From positions 1-52,149 of the forward strand of contig JAJZAW010000001.1 of NCBI GenBank assembly GCA_021799185.1: a stretch of 52,149 bases of DNA, read 5' to 3'. Source of the DNA: Thermoplasmata archaeon. Lineage in GTDB: Archaea > Thermoplasmatota > Thermoplasmata > Thermoplasmatales > Thermoplasmataceae. Both the position numbers and the translations under genes were made by a program. Positions 30,006 to 39,472 of this stretch are shown one piece after another (the stretch's first letter is position 1; every line of letters begins with the position of its first letter). The notes under the pieces were generated by a model. That model worked only from the letters and a program-made list of their open reading frames with translations. It was not told where the DNA came from and did no database searches.

Positions 30006-30599
30006 AAGATTAAATTTGATGGTATCCGCAAATCACTGTAATTTCATTATTCAATGCATTCAGGGCGCCCCCTGCCATCATAATGCATGAAGCCTGAATT
30101 AGCGTCTGGTTCGCCAGTAACTGAAGGCAATGCGGAAAACGATGGCTCGTAAACCAATACTGTATAAATAGCATTTGCGTTGCGCCCAAAGGGGAAACAT
30201 TTCCGTATTTTCCTTACTGGCTTTACCGGGGTTTTTCGCATGCTGGGCCGTAAGCAGGTTCCTGCTTAATCATGCCCATTGGATGCACTATGCGAAATGA
30301 GCATAGGCAAACTATGGCTCTTCACTGAAACTGAATTTTGCCGGCACTGAGTTCTGGCAATATCCGTTAATGCGAATTGAGGCATGTACCAACAGCTACC
30401 AGGGATAGAATAATGGCTGTTATGGCAGTTTCCGTGATATGGCATGTTCTACCTAAATTTCATGAGATAATTTAATAGAACCATTTCTCCATAATAAAAC
30501 TAATTTTGAACTGAACTTATCCGGCATAATATATTAGTTCTGGGGCAATTCATGATTCAACATCAAGAAAGTTCAGGAGTTCGTGCAGCAATTTCATAT

Positions 30600-31235
30600 T
30601 CAATTCTGTTTCAAATATGACGATATTATCTTTTTTTCTGCCCGCCTGAGAATTTCTGCAAGCGTAACATAAGAAACGTTCAGCCTCTTGGAAAGCCCTT
30701 CAAGGTTAATCTTTTTTGGATAATCAAAAAATCCAAGGTCAAGAGCAGTTCTAACGACAAATTCCTGTCTTGATGTTATCTCTTTTTTCCTGCTCAGGTT
30801 CTGTTTCTTAACAAGTTTAAATTTCACGCCATCGGCTTCGAGCCTCTCCAGAAATCCCGAAACTGTATCCTCGTCGGGTGACAGCCAGCGCATTATCACG
30901 TCTCCATTTCTGTTAGTGTGTGCGTCCATTAGGAATATGTCCCAGTCAGGCATTGTTTTGCACACAGCACACTTGTCAGCTTCAACTATGGCGGTTGTGT
31001 GGCTCTCATCGATCCTTACCATGCTGTTTTTATGCTCCCCAAGAAGCTTGTGCATTTCCATCTGCGAGTCCCTGGCTGAATCAGGAGGGATAAAAAAATC
31101 AATCAGGTCCTTAACGCCTTCTTCACTCTTACGTATATCCCTGATCTTAATGATTGCTGAATGCTTTTCAACAATGGCTTTTATCCATGTCAAGGGGGAT
31201 TCAAATTCAAGTTCAGCCTCTATCAAGGGTACCAC
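30600..31235 (-). CDS. HTH_10 (bacterio-opsin-activator-type) transcriptional regulator
   Basis: The 211-aa product has a C-terminal block, TSRQEFVVRTALDLGFFDYPKKINLEGLSKRLNVSYVTLAEILRRAEKKI, that matches the Bat/HTH_10 pattern. It is divergently oriented to the nar operon. Confidence 0.8.
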   Translation of the reverse strand: MVPLIEAELEFESPLTWIKAIVEKHSAIIKIRDIRKSEEGVKDLIDFFIPPDSARDSQMEMHKLLGEHKNSMVRIDESHTTAIVEADKCAVCKTMPDWDIFLMDAHTNRNGDVIMRWLSPDEDTVSGFLERLEADGVKFKLVKKQNLSRKKEITSRQEFVVRTALDLGFFDYPKKINLEGLSKRLNVSYVTLAEILRRAEKKIISSYLKQN

Positions 31236-31644
31236 CTTATCATTGACCCTTATTATTTAAATATAATGTAACAAATTGCAGTGATCCTGGGCTCAATGGC
31301 ACTTAATATAAAAGAAATGATGGGAGTATTGTTCATCATGTCCCGGGGCCGGAAAATTTTCGAAATAAATATCAATATAATTCTCAAAATAGCATCTTAT
31401 TGATGGCATTTCAAACCAGTAGATGCATTGATCCAAGTTAGATATACCATCAATAAAAGTGGCATAGGGGCAAAAATTGAAACGGTGCATGACCCCCGAT
31501 GATGGATGCGCAGCACTGTTAATGCGAATAAGCGATCATCCAAATTTAAATCGTATGATAATTCCATAAAGCACATCATTCATAGATATTGGAGAAAATT
31601 GACCCCTAAAGATGTAGCCGCAATGGTTTAATAGTAATAGATTC

Positions 31645-31902
31645 ATGTCTAATCCTGTGAGTTCTAGGCAGGATTTGGAACCAGATCTGAAGGATCTCCT
31701 TTACGTCATTGAAATGAGGTTTGGTCCCGTTGAATCCCATATTTTGGACAAGATTTTGTCTCTGAGTGAGCCATCAATAATTAACAGGCTTATTCTCGTT
31801 GCCGCCAACTGCAATTCTATTAAAACGCTGGAGGAGGAAATCCAGGGAGGCGACTTATTCAAAATAGCCGGGAGAAGATATGACCCGCTGTCTGGTGAGT
31901 GA
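31645..31902 (+). CDS. Small ORF (85 aa) abutting narG; coding status uncertain
   Basis: Its stop (TGA 31900-31902) is directly followed by the narG ATG. The segment LLYVIEMRFGPVESHILDKILSLSEPSIINRL.. loosely recalls the DUF4351 pattern (RFG..........L....L..L). Confidence 0.4.
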   Translation: MSNPVSSRQDLEPDLKDLLYVIEMRFGPVESHILDKILSLSEPSIINRLILVAANCNSIKTLEEEIQGGDLFKIAGRRYDPLSGE

Positions 31903-34900
31903 ATGACTGAAACTATTAAGGAATCAGTGAAGGAAAAAACAAAAACAAAACAGGGCAACAAATGGCTGCATTATGATCCAAGACCAAGAGACTGGGAGAA
32001 AATTTATCGCAACAGATGGGACTACAGCAATGTGGTGAGGTCCACACATGGGGTCAACTGCACGGGCTCCTGCAGCTGGAAGGTCTATGTAAAGGATGGG
32101 ATAATAACCTGGGAAACACAGGCAACTGATTATCCATCAAACGGGTATAACTTTCCCGAATATGAGCCGAGAGGGTGCCCCAGGGGCGCTACATTTTCAT
32201 GGTATACCTACAGCCCCATGAGGGTGAAATACCCCTATATAAGAGGCGAACTGCTGAAACTGTGGAGGCAGGAGTTAAATGAGTCGGATAATCCAGTTGA
32301 AGCATGGGAAAAACTGACATCCGACCCGGAAAAAAGGCAAAAATACGTCCATGCCAGGGGAAAAGGTGGACTTGTGCGAAGCTCCTGGGAGGAGGTATCC
32401 CGGATAATATCTGCATCCCTTTTATCCACCATCAGGAAATATGGGCCGGATAGAATAGCTGGTTTCACTCCGATTCCCGCGATGTCCATGGTAAGCTACG
32501 CCTCCGGTTCGAGATTTTTATCCCTTATTGGGGGAAGCATGCTCAGTTTCTATGACTGGTACGCCGATCTGCCGCCTGCATCTCCCCAGATATGGGGTGA
32601 ACAGACAGATGTACCGGAAAGTGCTGACTGGTACAATTCGAAGTATTTCATAATATGGGGCACCAACCTTCCTATGACAAGGACCCCTGATGCCCATTTC
32701 ATGGTGGAGGCAAGGTACAATGGTACTAAGGTCGTTGGGGTGAGCCCCGATTACGCTGAATACATAAAATTCGCTGATGTATGGCTTCCAGCAAGGGCTG
32801 GGACAGATGCCGCCCTGGCACTTTCAATGGCCCATGTTATTGTAAAGGAATTTTACGTTGACAGGCAGGAGCCTTATTTTATAGATTATTCTAAAAAATA
32901 CACTGATCTTCCGTTCCTTGTGATACTTGACAGGGATGGAGATTCCTATGTATCTGGCAGATTTCTGCGTGCCAGTGATATGGGTTCCACCGAAGACAAA
33001 GCCCAGTGGAAAACTGTCATGTGGGATGCTAAGACCGGCAGACCGGCCATACCCATGGGAAGCGTCGGATACAGGTGGGATGGCTCATCCAAATGGAATC
33101 TGAAGCTTGAAACGGGAGATGGGCATCAAATAGAGCCTGCTCTGACATTTCTTGGAATAGAAGATATGATTGTGAAGGTCCAGTTTCCAGACTTCACAGA
33201 AGAGACAGGGAAGATTTCCTTCAGAAATATACCCGCCAAGACGCTGAAATTAAAAGATGGCAGAGAGATAGTAATAACAACAGTATTCGATCTCTTTGCA
33301 GGCAATCTGGGTGTGCCACGAAATATTGACGGAGACAAGGCGCTTAATTATGATTCCAACACTGCCTACACTCCCGCATGGCAGGAAAGGATAACGGGTG
33401 TAGACAGAAAGCTCGCGATCAAAGTTGCCAGGGAATTTGCCGAAAATGCAGCCCTGACGCACGGAAAATCAATGATTGCAATGGGTGCCGGAACCAATCA
33501 CTGGTATAATAGTGATGTCATCTACAGGAGCATAATAAGCCTGGTGCTTCTTACAGGGAGTCAGGGCGTTAATGGCGGAGGATGGGCACATTATGTTGGC
33601 CAGGAAAAGGTAAGGCCTTTCGAAGGCTGGAATAATATAGCCTTTGCTTCTGACTGGTATCCTGCTTCAAGATTGCAGAACGGAACATCATTTTTCTATC
33701 TTTCTTCTGATCAGTTCAGGTTTGAACAGAAAACTAACCCGCTTGCATTGACACCCTTCAAGGGCGAGTATACCGACAAACATCCTGCCGATCTTATTTC
33801 AATGGCGGTAAGGCTGGGCTGGCAGTCGAGCTATCCGCAATTCAACAGGAACCCGCTGGATCTCGCCCGGCAGGCTCTCTCCAAGGGCTGCAGCACGGAC
33901 GCCGAGATATCGGATTATATCATATCAGAGGTTATGAAAGGTGACCTCAGATTTTCTGTTGAAGAGCCAGATAACCCTGTGAATTTCCCCAGAATTCTTT
34001 TCAACTGGAGATCGAACCTTCTGGGCACACAGGGTAAGGGACATGAATACATCATAAAGTATCTGCTCGGAACTGGCGGCCATCCACTGGGCAATCCGGA
34101 GGAAAGCTGGAAACCTGAAGATATCAATGTCCCTGAAAATATACCGGAAGGGAAACTGGACCTTGTTGTAGATCTTGATTTTAGGATGTCAGGCTCTGCT
34201 CTATATTCAGATATTGTGCTTCCATCGGCCACGTGGTATGAGAAATTTGACATAAGCAGCACGGACATGCACCCTTTTATTCACCCCTTCAACGCCGCAA
34301 TTTCTCCACCGTGGGAAACCATGTCGGACTGGGAATCCTTCAAGTACATTGCAAAGGCATTTTCCAGCATGGCAGAAAAGTATCTCCCGGAAGCAGATGA
34401 CCTCATGGTCAACTCCATGCAACATGATACTCCTGGCGAAATATCCCAGCCTTTTGGTGTCATAGATGACTTCAAGAAAACGGGAAAGAAGCCGGCGGGT
34501 GGAGTTAACTTTCCTCTTGTGACCATCCTGAAGAGAGACTATGTCCATATATACGACATGATGGTTACGCTTGGCCCCCTTGAAAGGGAAAGGATTGCTG
34601 CAAAAGGTGTCGTCATCAGCGGTAAAAATGCTTATGAAGAACTTTTGAGGAAAGTGCCACAGTACAGCAAGCCGGGACCGGCGAGAGACCTTGCCATGAT
34701 GCTGGATGAAAGGCAGGTCGCAGAGTCAATAATGACAATATCAGGCGCCACAAACGGGAAGCGGGCCAAAGAAGAATGGGGCTTTATGGAAAAAAGGACC
34801 GGCTTGCAACTTGTGGACTCGTTCCACGGAGATGAAGAAATAAGCTATAGTTTTGATGACCTGGTTGCGCAACCCAGGAGGGCAATGACATCCCCAGTAT

Positions 34901-35577
34901 GGAGCGGCACTGAAACTGGGGGCCGCCAGTACTCACCATTTGTTGTGAACGTTGAGCATGATATACCGTGGAGGACCCTCACAGGTCGTCAGGCTTTTTA
35001 CCTGGACCATGAACTTATGAGACAGATGGCGGAGGCTCTGCCGGTTTATAAGCCGCCACTTGGAATTGCATTCTATACCAATCCTGAGGACGGAAGAAGG
35101 CTTGCTGAGGGCAAATCCATTACGGTGAGATATTTAACACCACATCAGAAATGGGGGATTCATTCCACATATTCGGATACGCCCACAATGCTGACGCTAT
35201 CCAGGGGTGGACAGCATATATGGATAAATGAGGAAGACGCCCGGGAGATAGATGTAAAGGACAACGACTGGGTGGAGATTTACAACATGAACGGTGTAAT
35301 CGTGGCGCGGGCCGTAACGACATACAGAATCCCGAGAGGAGACGCATTCATGTATCATGGCCAGGACAGGACAATAGGCGTTCCGGGCAGCAGCATAACA
35401 AATGATAGAGGGGGTAACAACAACAGCATGACGCGAATCATTCCAAAGGCCACCCATCTGATCGGTGGCTATGGGCAGCTATCATACTCCTTTAATTATT
35501 ATGGCCCTACAGGACACCAGCGTGATGCATATGCTTTCATAAGGAAGCTGAAGGAGGTGAAATGGCTTGAAGGTTAA
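31903..35577 (+). CDS. narG: Respiratory nitrate reductase alpha subunit, bacterial membrane-bound nNar type
   Basis: The 1224-aa product is near-colinear by eye with E. coli NarG. Shared blocks include VRSTHGVNCTGSCSWKVYVKDG (FS0), PRGCPRGA, FYDWYADLPPASPQIWGEQTDVPESADWYNS, SNLLGTQGKGHEY and TPHQKWGIHSTYSD. There is no twin-arginine leader. Confidence 0.97.
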   Translation: MTETIKESVKEKTKTKQGNKWLHYDPRPRDWEKIYRNRWDYSNVVRSTHGVNCTGSCSWKVYVKDGIITWETQATDYPSNGYNFPEYEPRGCPRGATFSWYTYSPMRVKYPYIRGELLKLWRQELNESDNPVEAWEKLTSDPEKRQKYVHARGKGGLVRSSWEEVSRIISASLLSTIRKYGPDRIAGFTPIPAMSMVSYASGSRFLSLIGGSMLSFYDWYADLPPASPQIWGEQTDVPESADWYNSKYFIIWGTNLPMTRTPDAHFMVEARYNGTKVVGVSPDYAEYIKFADVWLPARAGTDAALALSMAHVIVKEFYVDRQEPYFIDYSKKYTDLPFLVILDRDGDSYVSGRFLRASDMGSTEDKAQWKTVMWDAKTGRPAIPMGSVGYRWDGSSKWNLKLETGDGHQIEPALTFLGIEDMIVKVQFPDFTEETGKISFRNIPAKTLKLKDGREIVITTVFDLFAGNLGVPRNIDGDKALNYDSNTAYTPAWQERITGVDRKLAIKVAREFAENAALTHGKSMIAMGAGTNHWYNSDVIYRSIISLVLLTGSQGVNGGGWAHYVGQEKVRPFEGWNNIAFASDWYPASRLQNGTSFFYLSSDQFRFEQKTNPLALTPFKGEYTDKHPADLISMAVRLGWQSSYPQFNRNPLDLARQALSKGCSTDAEISDYIISEVMKGDLRFSVEEPDNPVNFPRILFNWRSNLLGTQGKGHEYIIKYLLGTGGHPLGNPEESWKPEDINVPENIPEGKLDLVVDLDFRMSGSALYSDIVLPSATWYEKFDISSTDMHPFIHPFNAAISPPWETMSDWESFKYIAKAFSSMAEKYLPEADDLMVNSMQHDTPGEISQPFGVIDDFKKTGKKPAGGVNFPLVTILKRDYVHIYDMMVTLGPLERERIAAKGVVISGKNAYEELLRKVPQYSKPGPARDLAMMLDERQVAESIMTISGATNGKRAKEEWGFMEKRTGLQLVDSFHGDEEISYSFDDLVAQPRRAMTSPVWSGTETGGRQYSPFVVNVEHDIPWRTLTGRQAFYLDHELMRQMAEALPVYKPPLGIAFYTNPEDGRRLAEGKSITVRYLTPHQKWGIHSTYSDTPTMLTLSRGGQHIWINEEDAREIDVKDNDWVEIYNMNGVIVARAVTTYRIPRGDAFMYHGQDRTIGVPGSSITNDRGGNNNSMTRIIPKATHLIGGYGQLSYSFNYYGPTGHQRDAYAFIRKLKEVKWLEG
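35551..35560 (+). promoter_or_regulatory. Strong Shine-Dalgarno (AAGGAGGTGA) for narH
   Basis: It lies 7 nt upstream of the TTG start at 35567, inside the narG 3' end. Confidence 0.6.
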
Positions 35578-37060
35578 GGCACAGATAGCCATGGTCATGA
35601 ATCTGGACAAATGCATTGGATGCCATACCTGCAGCGTAACCTGCAAGAACGTATGGACCAACAGGCCAGGTGCTGAATACATGTGGTTCAACAATGTGGA
35701 AACAAGGCCCGGGCCAGGCTATCCAACAAAGTGGGAGGATCAGGGAAAATATAAGGGGGGATGGGTGCTTCACAATGGCAAATTGCGCCTGAGGTCAGGA
35801 GGATCGCTTCAGAGGCTTCTGAATATATTTTACAACCCTGATCTTCCAACAATTGATGATTACTACGAGCCGTGGAGCTACACATATTCCAACCTTATTG
35901 AAAGCAAGAGCAAGGAGCATCAGCCCGTTGTGCGGCCATATTCCCTCATATCGGGTGAATTCATGGATAAACCAGTGTGGGGCCCCAACTGGAACGATGA
36001 CCTGGCCGGCGGCGAGGAAACATCATCAATGGACCCGAATATTGCGAATATGCAGGAACATATCAAATTTCAGTATGAAAATTCATTTATGATGTACATG
36101 CCAAGAATATGCGAACACTGCCTGAATCCTGCCTGCGTTGCGGCCTGCCCAGCCGGCGCAATATACAAGAGGGAAGAGGACGGAATCGTGCTGGTGGATC
36201 AGGATTCCTGCCGTGGATGGAGGTTCTGTGTTACGGCATGCCCATACAAGAAGGTATATTATAACTGGAATACGCACAAGTCAGAAAAGTGCACATTCTG
36301 CTATCCAAGAATTGAAGCAGGGCTCCCCACTGTATGCTCTGAAACATGCGTGGGCAGAATCAGATATCTTGGTCCCATATTCTACGATTCAGACAGGATA
36401 GAGGAAATGGCTTCAAAAAAAGACCCAAAGGATCTGTATGAATCTCAACTGTCAATATTCCTGGACCCGTTTGACAGTGAAGTCATAGAAAACGCAAGAA
36501 AAGAAGGGATCAATGATTCCTGGATCAGGGCGGCACAGGATTCTCCTGTTTATAAAATGGCTGTAAAGTGGAAGGTTGCTCTCCCTCTTCATCCAGAATT
36601 CCGAACACTTCCCATGGTGTGGTATGTCCCTCCCCTCAGCCCAATTTTGCATACCATTGAGGACGAATCCAGCATTCCAGGCGACGCTTACATACCACTT
36701 GTGGATTCCATGAGAATTCCAATGGAATATCTGGCATCAATACTGTCTGCAGGCGATACAGGCGTTATCAGAAGTGTTTTGCTCAAGATGTGCACCATGC
36801 GAACATACATGAGAAACCTTAATCTGAAAGGGTCTGGAAACTCAGAACTTCTTAAGGAAACTGGATTAGCGGAGAATGATGTGGTTGAAATGGCCAGGAT
36901 GTTTGGCGTTTCAAAATATGAAGAAAGATTTGTAATACCTACCGGAAGGCGGGAAGCTGTGGATGACGCATCGTTCATTCAGGGGTCATGCAGCCTTGAA
37001 GGCATTGCGCCGGAAGAGGGACTGGTAGTCCCAAAGCTTAAGGGTGGTGGCAAATTTTGA
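35567..37060 (+). CDS. narH: Respiratory nitrate reductase beta subunit (4 Fe-S clusters)
   Basis: The 497-aa product shares blocks with E. coli NarH as I remember it, some with one or two substitutions: NLDKCIGCHTCSVTCKNVWT, CEHCLNPACVA, AIYKREEDGIVL, KSEKC.FCYPRIEAG.PTVCSETCVGRIRYLG and RTLPMVWYVPPLSPI. It has a TTG start and overlaps narG by 11 nt. Confidence 0.97.
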   Translation: MKVKAQIAMVMNLDKCIGCHTCSVTCKNVWTNRPGAEYMWFNNVETRPGPGYPTKWEDQGKYKGGWVLHNGKLRLRSGGSLQRLLNIFYNPDLPTIDDYYEPWSYTYSNLIESKSKEHQPVVRPYSLISGEFMDKPVWGPNWNDDLAGGEETSSMDPNIANMQEHIKFQYENSFMMYMPRICEHCLNPACVAACPAGAIYKREEDGIVLVDQDSCRGWRFCVTACPYKKVYYNWNTHKSEKCTFCYPRIEAGLPTVCSETCVGRIRYLGPIFYDSDRIEEMASKKDPKDLYESQLSIFLDPFDSEVIENARKEGINDSWIRAAQDSPVYKMAVKWKVALPLHPEFRTLPMVWYVPPLSPILHTIEDESSIPGDAYIPLVDSMRIPMEYLASILSAGDTGVIRSVLLKMCTMRTYMRNLNLKGSGNSELLKETGLAENDVVEMARMFGVSKYEERFVIPTGRREAVDDASFIQGSCSLEGIAPEEGLVVPKLKGGGKF

Positions 37061-37635
37061 AGAGTTTTGAACCTGATCTGCTGAATGCATGTGCCATAAT
37101 CCTTGATTACCCTGATTATAATACCGCTGAAGATGAAATTTCAGCCATAAACGAGCAGTACCATGGAGAAAGCGATTCAGTGGCTGTTTTTCTGGATTAC
37201 CTTAAGGCAAAGGACATAATTGATCTGCAATCGGAATATGTTGATACATTTGATCTTTCCGGAACCCCTCTTTTTCTCACAGCCTGGGAATTCGGTGACA
37301 GCAGGAATCGTGGGCCTGAACTGATGAAGCTCAAGAAGATGATCGAATCCAACGGCTTCAGGATAAGAAAAGGCCAGATTCCGGATTATATCCCGCTTCT
37401 CCTTTCGTTCATTTCTGAAATTGGGCCTGAAAAAATCCCGCAGGATTTTGAATCCAGGCTCCACAGATATTTTGAAACTCTCAGTAACAAGCTCCGCAAC
37501 ACCATTTACGGTTCAATCTTCCTAATGCTGTCGGATATTTTTCAGGAGATGGTGCCACTGCCCGAGATAAGTCCCGAGAAAGCCGATTCGGGGGAAATGC
37601 CATTTCCATTGAGGTATAACGGGGAGGAGTACTGA
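37057..37635 (+). CDS. narJ: Nitrate reductase assembly chaperone
   Basis: 192-aa acidic protein in the narJ position with a NarJ-like core (LQSEYVDTFD, PDYIPLLLSFIS). It has a TTG start that overlaps the narH stop. Confidence 0.85.
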   Translation: MKSFEPDLLNACAIILDYPDYNTAEDEISAINEQYHGESDSVAVFLDYLKAKDIIDLQSEYVDTFDLSGTPLFLTAWEFGDSRNRGPELMKLKKMIESNGFRIRKGQIPDYIPLLLSFISEIGPEKIPQDFESRLHRYFETLSNKLRNTIYGSIFLMLSDIFQEMVPLPEISPEKADSGEMPFPLRYNGEEY

Positions 37636-38372
37636 TGGTAAACTTCCTTTCACAGCTTGCCTGGGTAATATACCCTTATCTTTCATTCTCGCTGATGGTA
37701 ATTGGCGTTGTTTACAGATTCAGAAACAGGCCGCTTACAATAACATCCAAGTCCAGTGAGCTCCTGGAGAGGCGAAATCTTGCCTGGGGCTCAAGGGCAT
37801 TTCACTATGGAATTATATTCGTTATACTGGGCCATTTCGCAGGCCTTTTTGTGCCCTTATCATTCCTGCACAGCATTGGAGTTTCGGATTATCTGAACTT
37901 CATTGTTTCTGTTCTTGCAGGTGGCGTATTTGGCATCATGGCATGGATTGGGCTTGCCATACTCATAGGAAGGAGGCTGTTAATTAAGAGAGTGCGTGTT
38001 ACATCCAATTTCGCAGATACATATGTTCTCATCCTTCTTCTAGTCATAATGTCCTTTGGCCTCTCCCTGACCCTGGGATATGATCCTCTATACGGATCAC
38101 TCGCATACAACACTGCGATGTCAAATATAAGCCAGTGGATCACGGGTTTCTTTTTATTTCATCCTGATGCAGCATATATGAGCACAGTTCCACTTATCTT
38201 CAAGATCCACATACTGATTTCATTTCTGCTTTATCCCTCCATACCATTCACGAGACTCACGCACATATTCACAACGCCTGTTCGTTATCTGTACAGGAAG
38301 CCTATTGTCTTCAGAAGCATAGAAGGTCAGAATACCAACAGTGAAGCAATGAATACGCTGAGATTCAAATGA
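37635..38372 (+). CDS. narI: Nitrate reductase gamma subunit (di-heme b, quinol-oxidising)
   Basis: 245-aa, 5-TM product with the paired heme-ligand histidines (AFHYGIIFVILGHF, and KIHILISF..RLTHIF). Its ATG shares an A with the narJ TGA. Confidence 0.9.
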   Translation: MVNFLSQLAWVIYPYLSFSLMVIGVVYRFRNRPLTITSKSSELLERRNLAWGSRAFHYGIIFVILGHFAGLFVPLSFLHSIGVSDYLNFIVSVLAGGVFGIMAWIGLAILIGRRLLIKRVRVTSNFADTYVLILLLVIMSFGLSLTLGYDPLYGSLAYNTAMSNISQWITGFFLFHPDAAYMSTVPLIFKIHILISFLLYPSIPFTRLTHIFTTPVRYLYRKPIVFRSIEGQNTNSEAMNTLRFK

Positions 38373-39472
38373 CAGCAGAACATGTGTTCAGGAAACAGTG
38401 GAATGGCGTTGCTGGGGATCTGCTTCCCGCATACTTCGCCATGGTTATGGCTACCGGCATAGTGTCCATAGCTTCCACACTGTACGGGCTGATCCTATTT
38501 GCCCATGTTCTGTTTTATATTGATCTGTCTGCTTATATAATCCTATGGATATTTTCTGCTGAAAGGATACTGTTTTTCAGAAACAGATATGCTGAAGATC
38601 TGCGGGATCACGCCAGGGGGCCCGGATTTTTCACCGTCGTAGCCGGGACGAATACCCTGGGTTCTGTTTTTGTGGTGGTAATGAAGGATGATACAATTGC
38701 ATTTTTCCTGTGGATAATTGGCTTCCTGCTCTGGCTATTCTATCAGTATTATATATTTACAGCGCTATCAATTAGCAAAACAAAGCCTCTGGTTGAGAAA
38801 GGCATAAATGGCACATGGCTGGTGGCAACAGTCTCCACGCAATCGGTATCTGTGCTGGCCGCTCAGCTATCCCAGCTGCACCACTGGATGTTCCTTATTT
38901 CAATAATCATGTACTTTATTGGCTGGATGACCTATGTCCTGGTAATGTCTCTTATCAACTACCGTCTCCTTTTCCTTAAGCTCGATACCGATGATATCAT
39001 GGGCCCGTACTGGATAAACATGGGCGCAACCGCCATCACCACACTTGCAGGGGCACTCATTCTGATTGATGGCAGCACCCCTGCATTTTCGTCAATGCTT
39101 GGGCTTTTCAGGCCATTCATAGCCGGTGCCACATTCCTTATGTGGGCATATGGCAGCTGGTGGATACCGTGGCTTGTAATAATAGGCATATGGAAGTATT
39201 CTGTTGGTGGAGGCAAGATTGTAAGCTACGATCCGCTGTTTTGGGGCGGCGTATTTCCCATGGGCATGTATACTGTCTCAACATACATGCTGGTGAAAGC
39301 CGCTTCGCTGAATGAGCTGTCATTCATACCCCGCTACTTTCTGTATGTAGCCATTATAGCCTGGATATATGAGTTTCTTGGGCTGCTGATCCGGATTGCA
39401 GAAAGGCTATCCGGCAAATGGAATTTCAAACAGAAAACAAAAGAGGGAACTGCGAATACGGATGTGAAATAG
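38369..39472 (+). CDS. TDT family (TehA/Mae1/SLAC1-like) anion channel/transporter
   Basis: 367-aa, roughly 10-TM product with family-like blocks (YFAMVMATGIVS, GPGFFTVVAGTN, GPYWINMGATAI, FWGGVFPMGMY). It has an ATGA overlap with the narI stop. Confidence 0.8.
   Translation: MTAEHVFRKQWNGVAGDLLPAYFAMVMATGIVSIASTLYGLILFAHVLFYIDLSAYIILWIFSAERILFFRNRYAEDLRDHARGPGFFTVVAGTNTLGSVFVVVMKDDTIAFFLWIIGFLLWLFYQYYIFTALSISKTKPLVEKGINGTWLVATVSTQSVSVLAAQLSQLHHWMFLISIIMYFIGWMTYVLVMSLINYRLLFLKLDTDDIMGPYWINMGATAITTLAGALILIDGSTPAFSSMLGLFRPFIAGATFLMWAYGSWWIPWLVIIGIWKYSVGGGKIVSYDPLFWGGVFPMGMYTVSTYMLVKAASLNELSFIPRYFLYVAIIAWIYEFLGLLIRIAERLSGKWNFKQKTKEGTANTDVK

Noticed and set aside
31236-31644. FNR/CRP-like TTGAT boxes and a repeated TTGACCC in the divergent regulator/nar promoter region.
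   Set aside because: No copy fits TTGAT-N4-ATCAA, and FNR-type regulators are not expected in this archaeal context. The TTGACCC repeats (3 copies) are too short to separate from chance without a genome-wide count.
31903-32050. A Tat (twin-arginine) signal on NarG, as expected for archaeal pNar.
   Set aside because: The N-terminus MTETIKESVKEKTKTKQGNKW.. has no RR motif or hydrophobic h-region and aligns with the cytoplasmic E. coli-type NarG.
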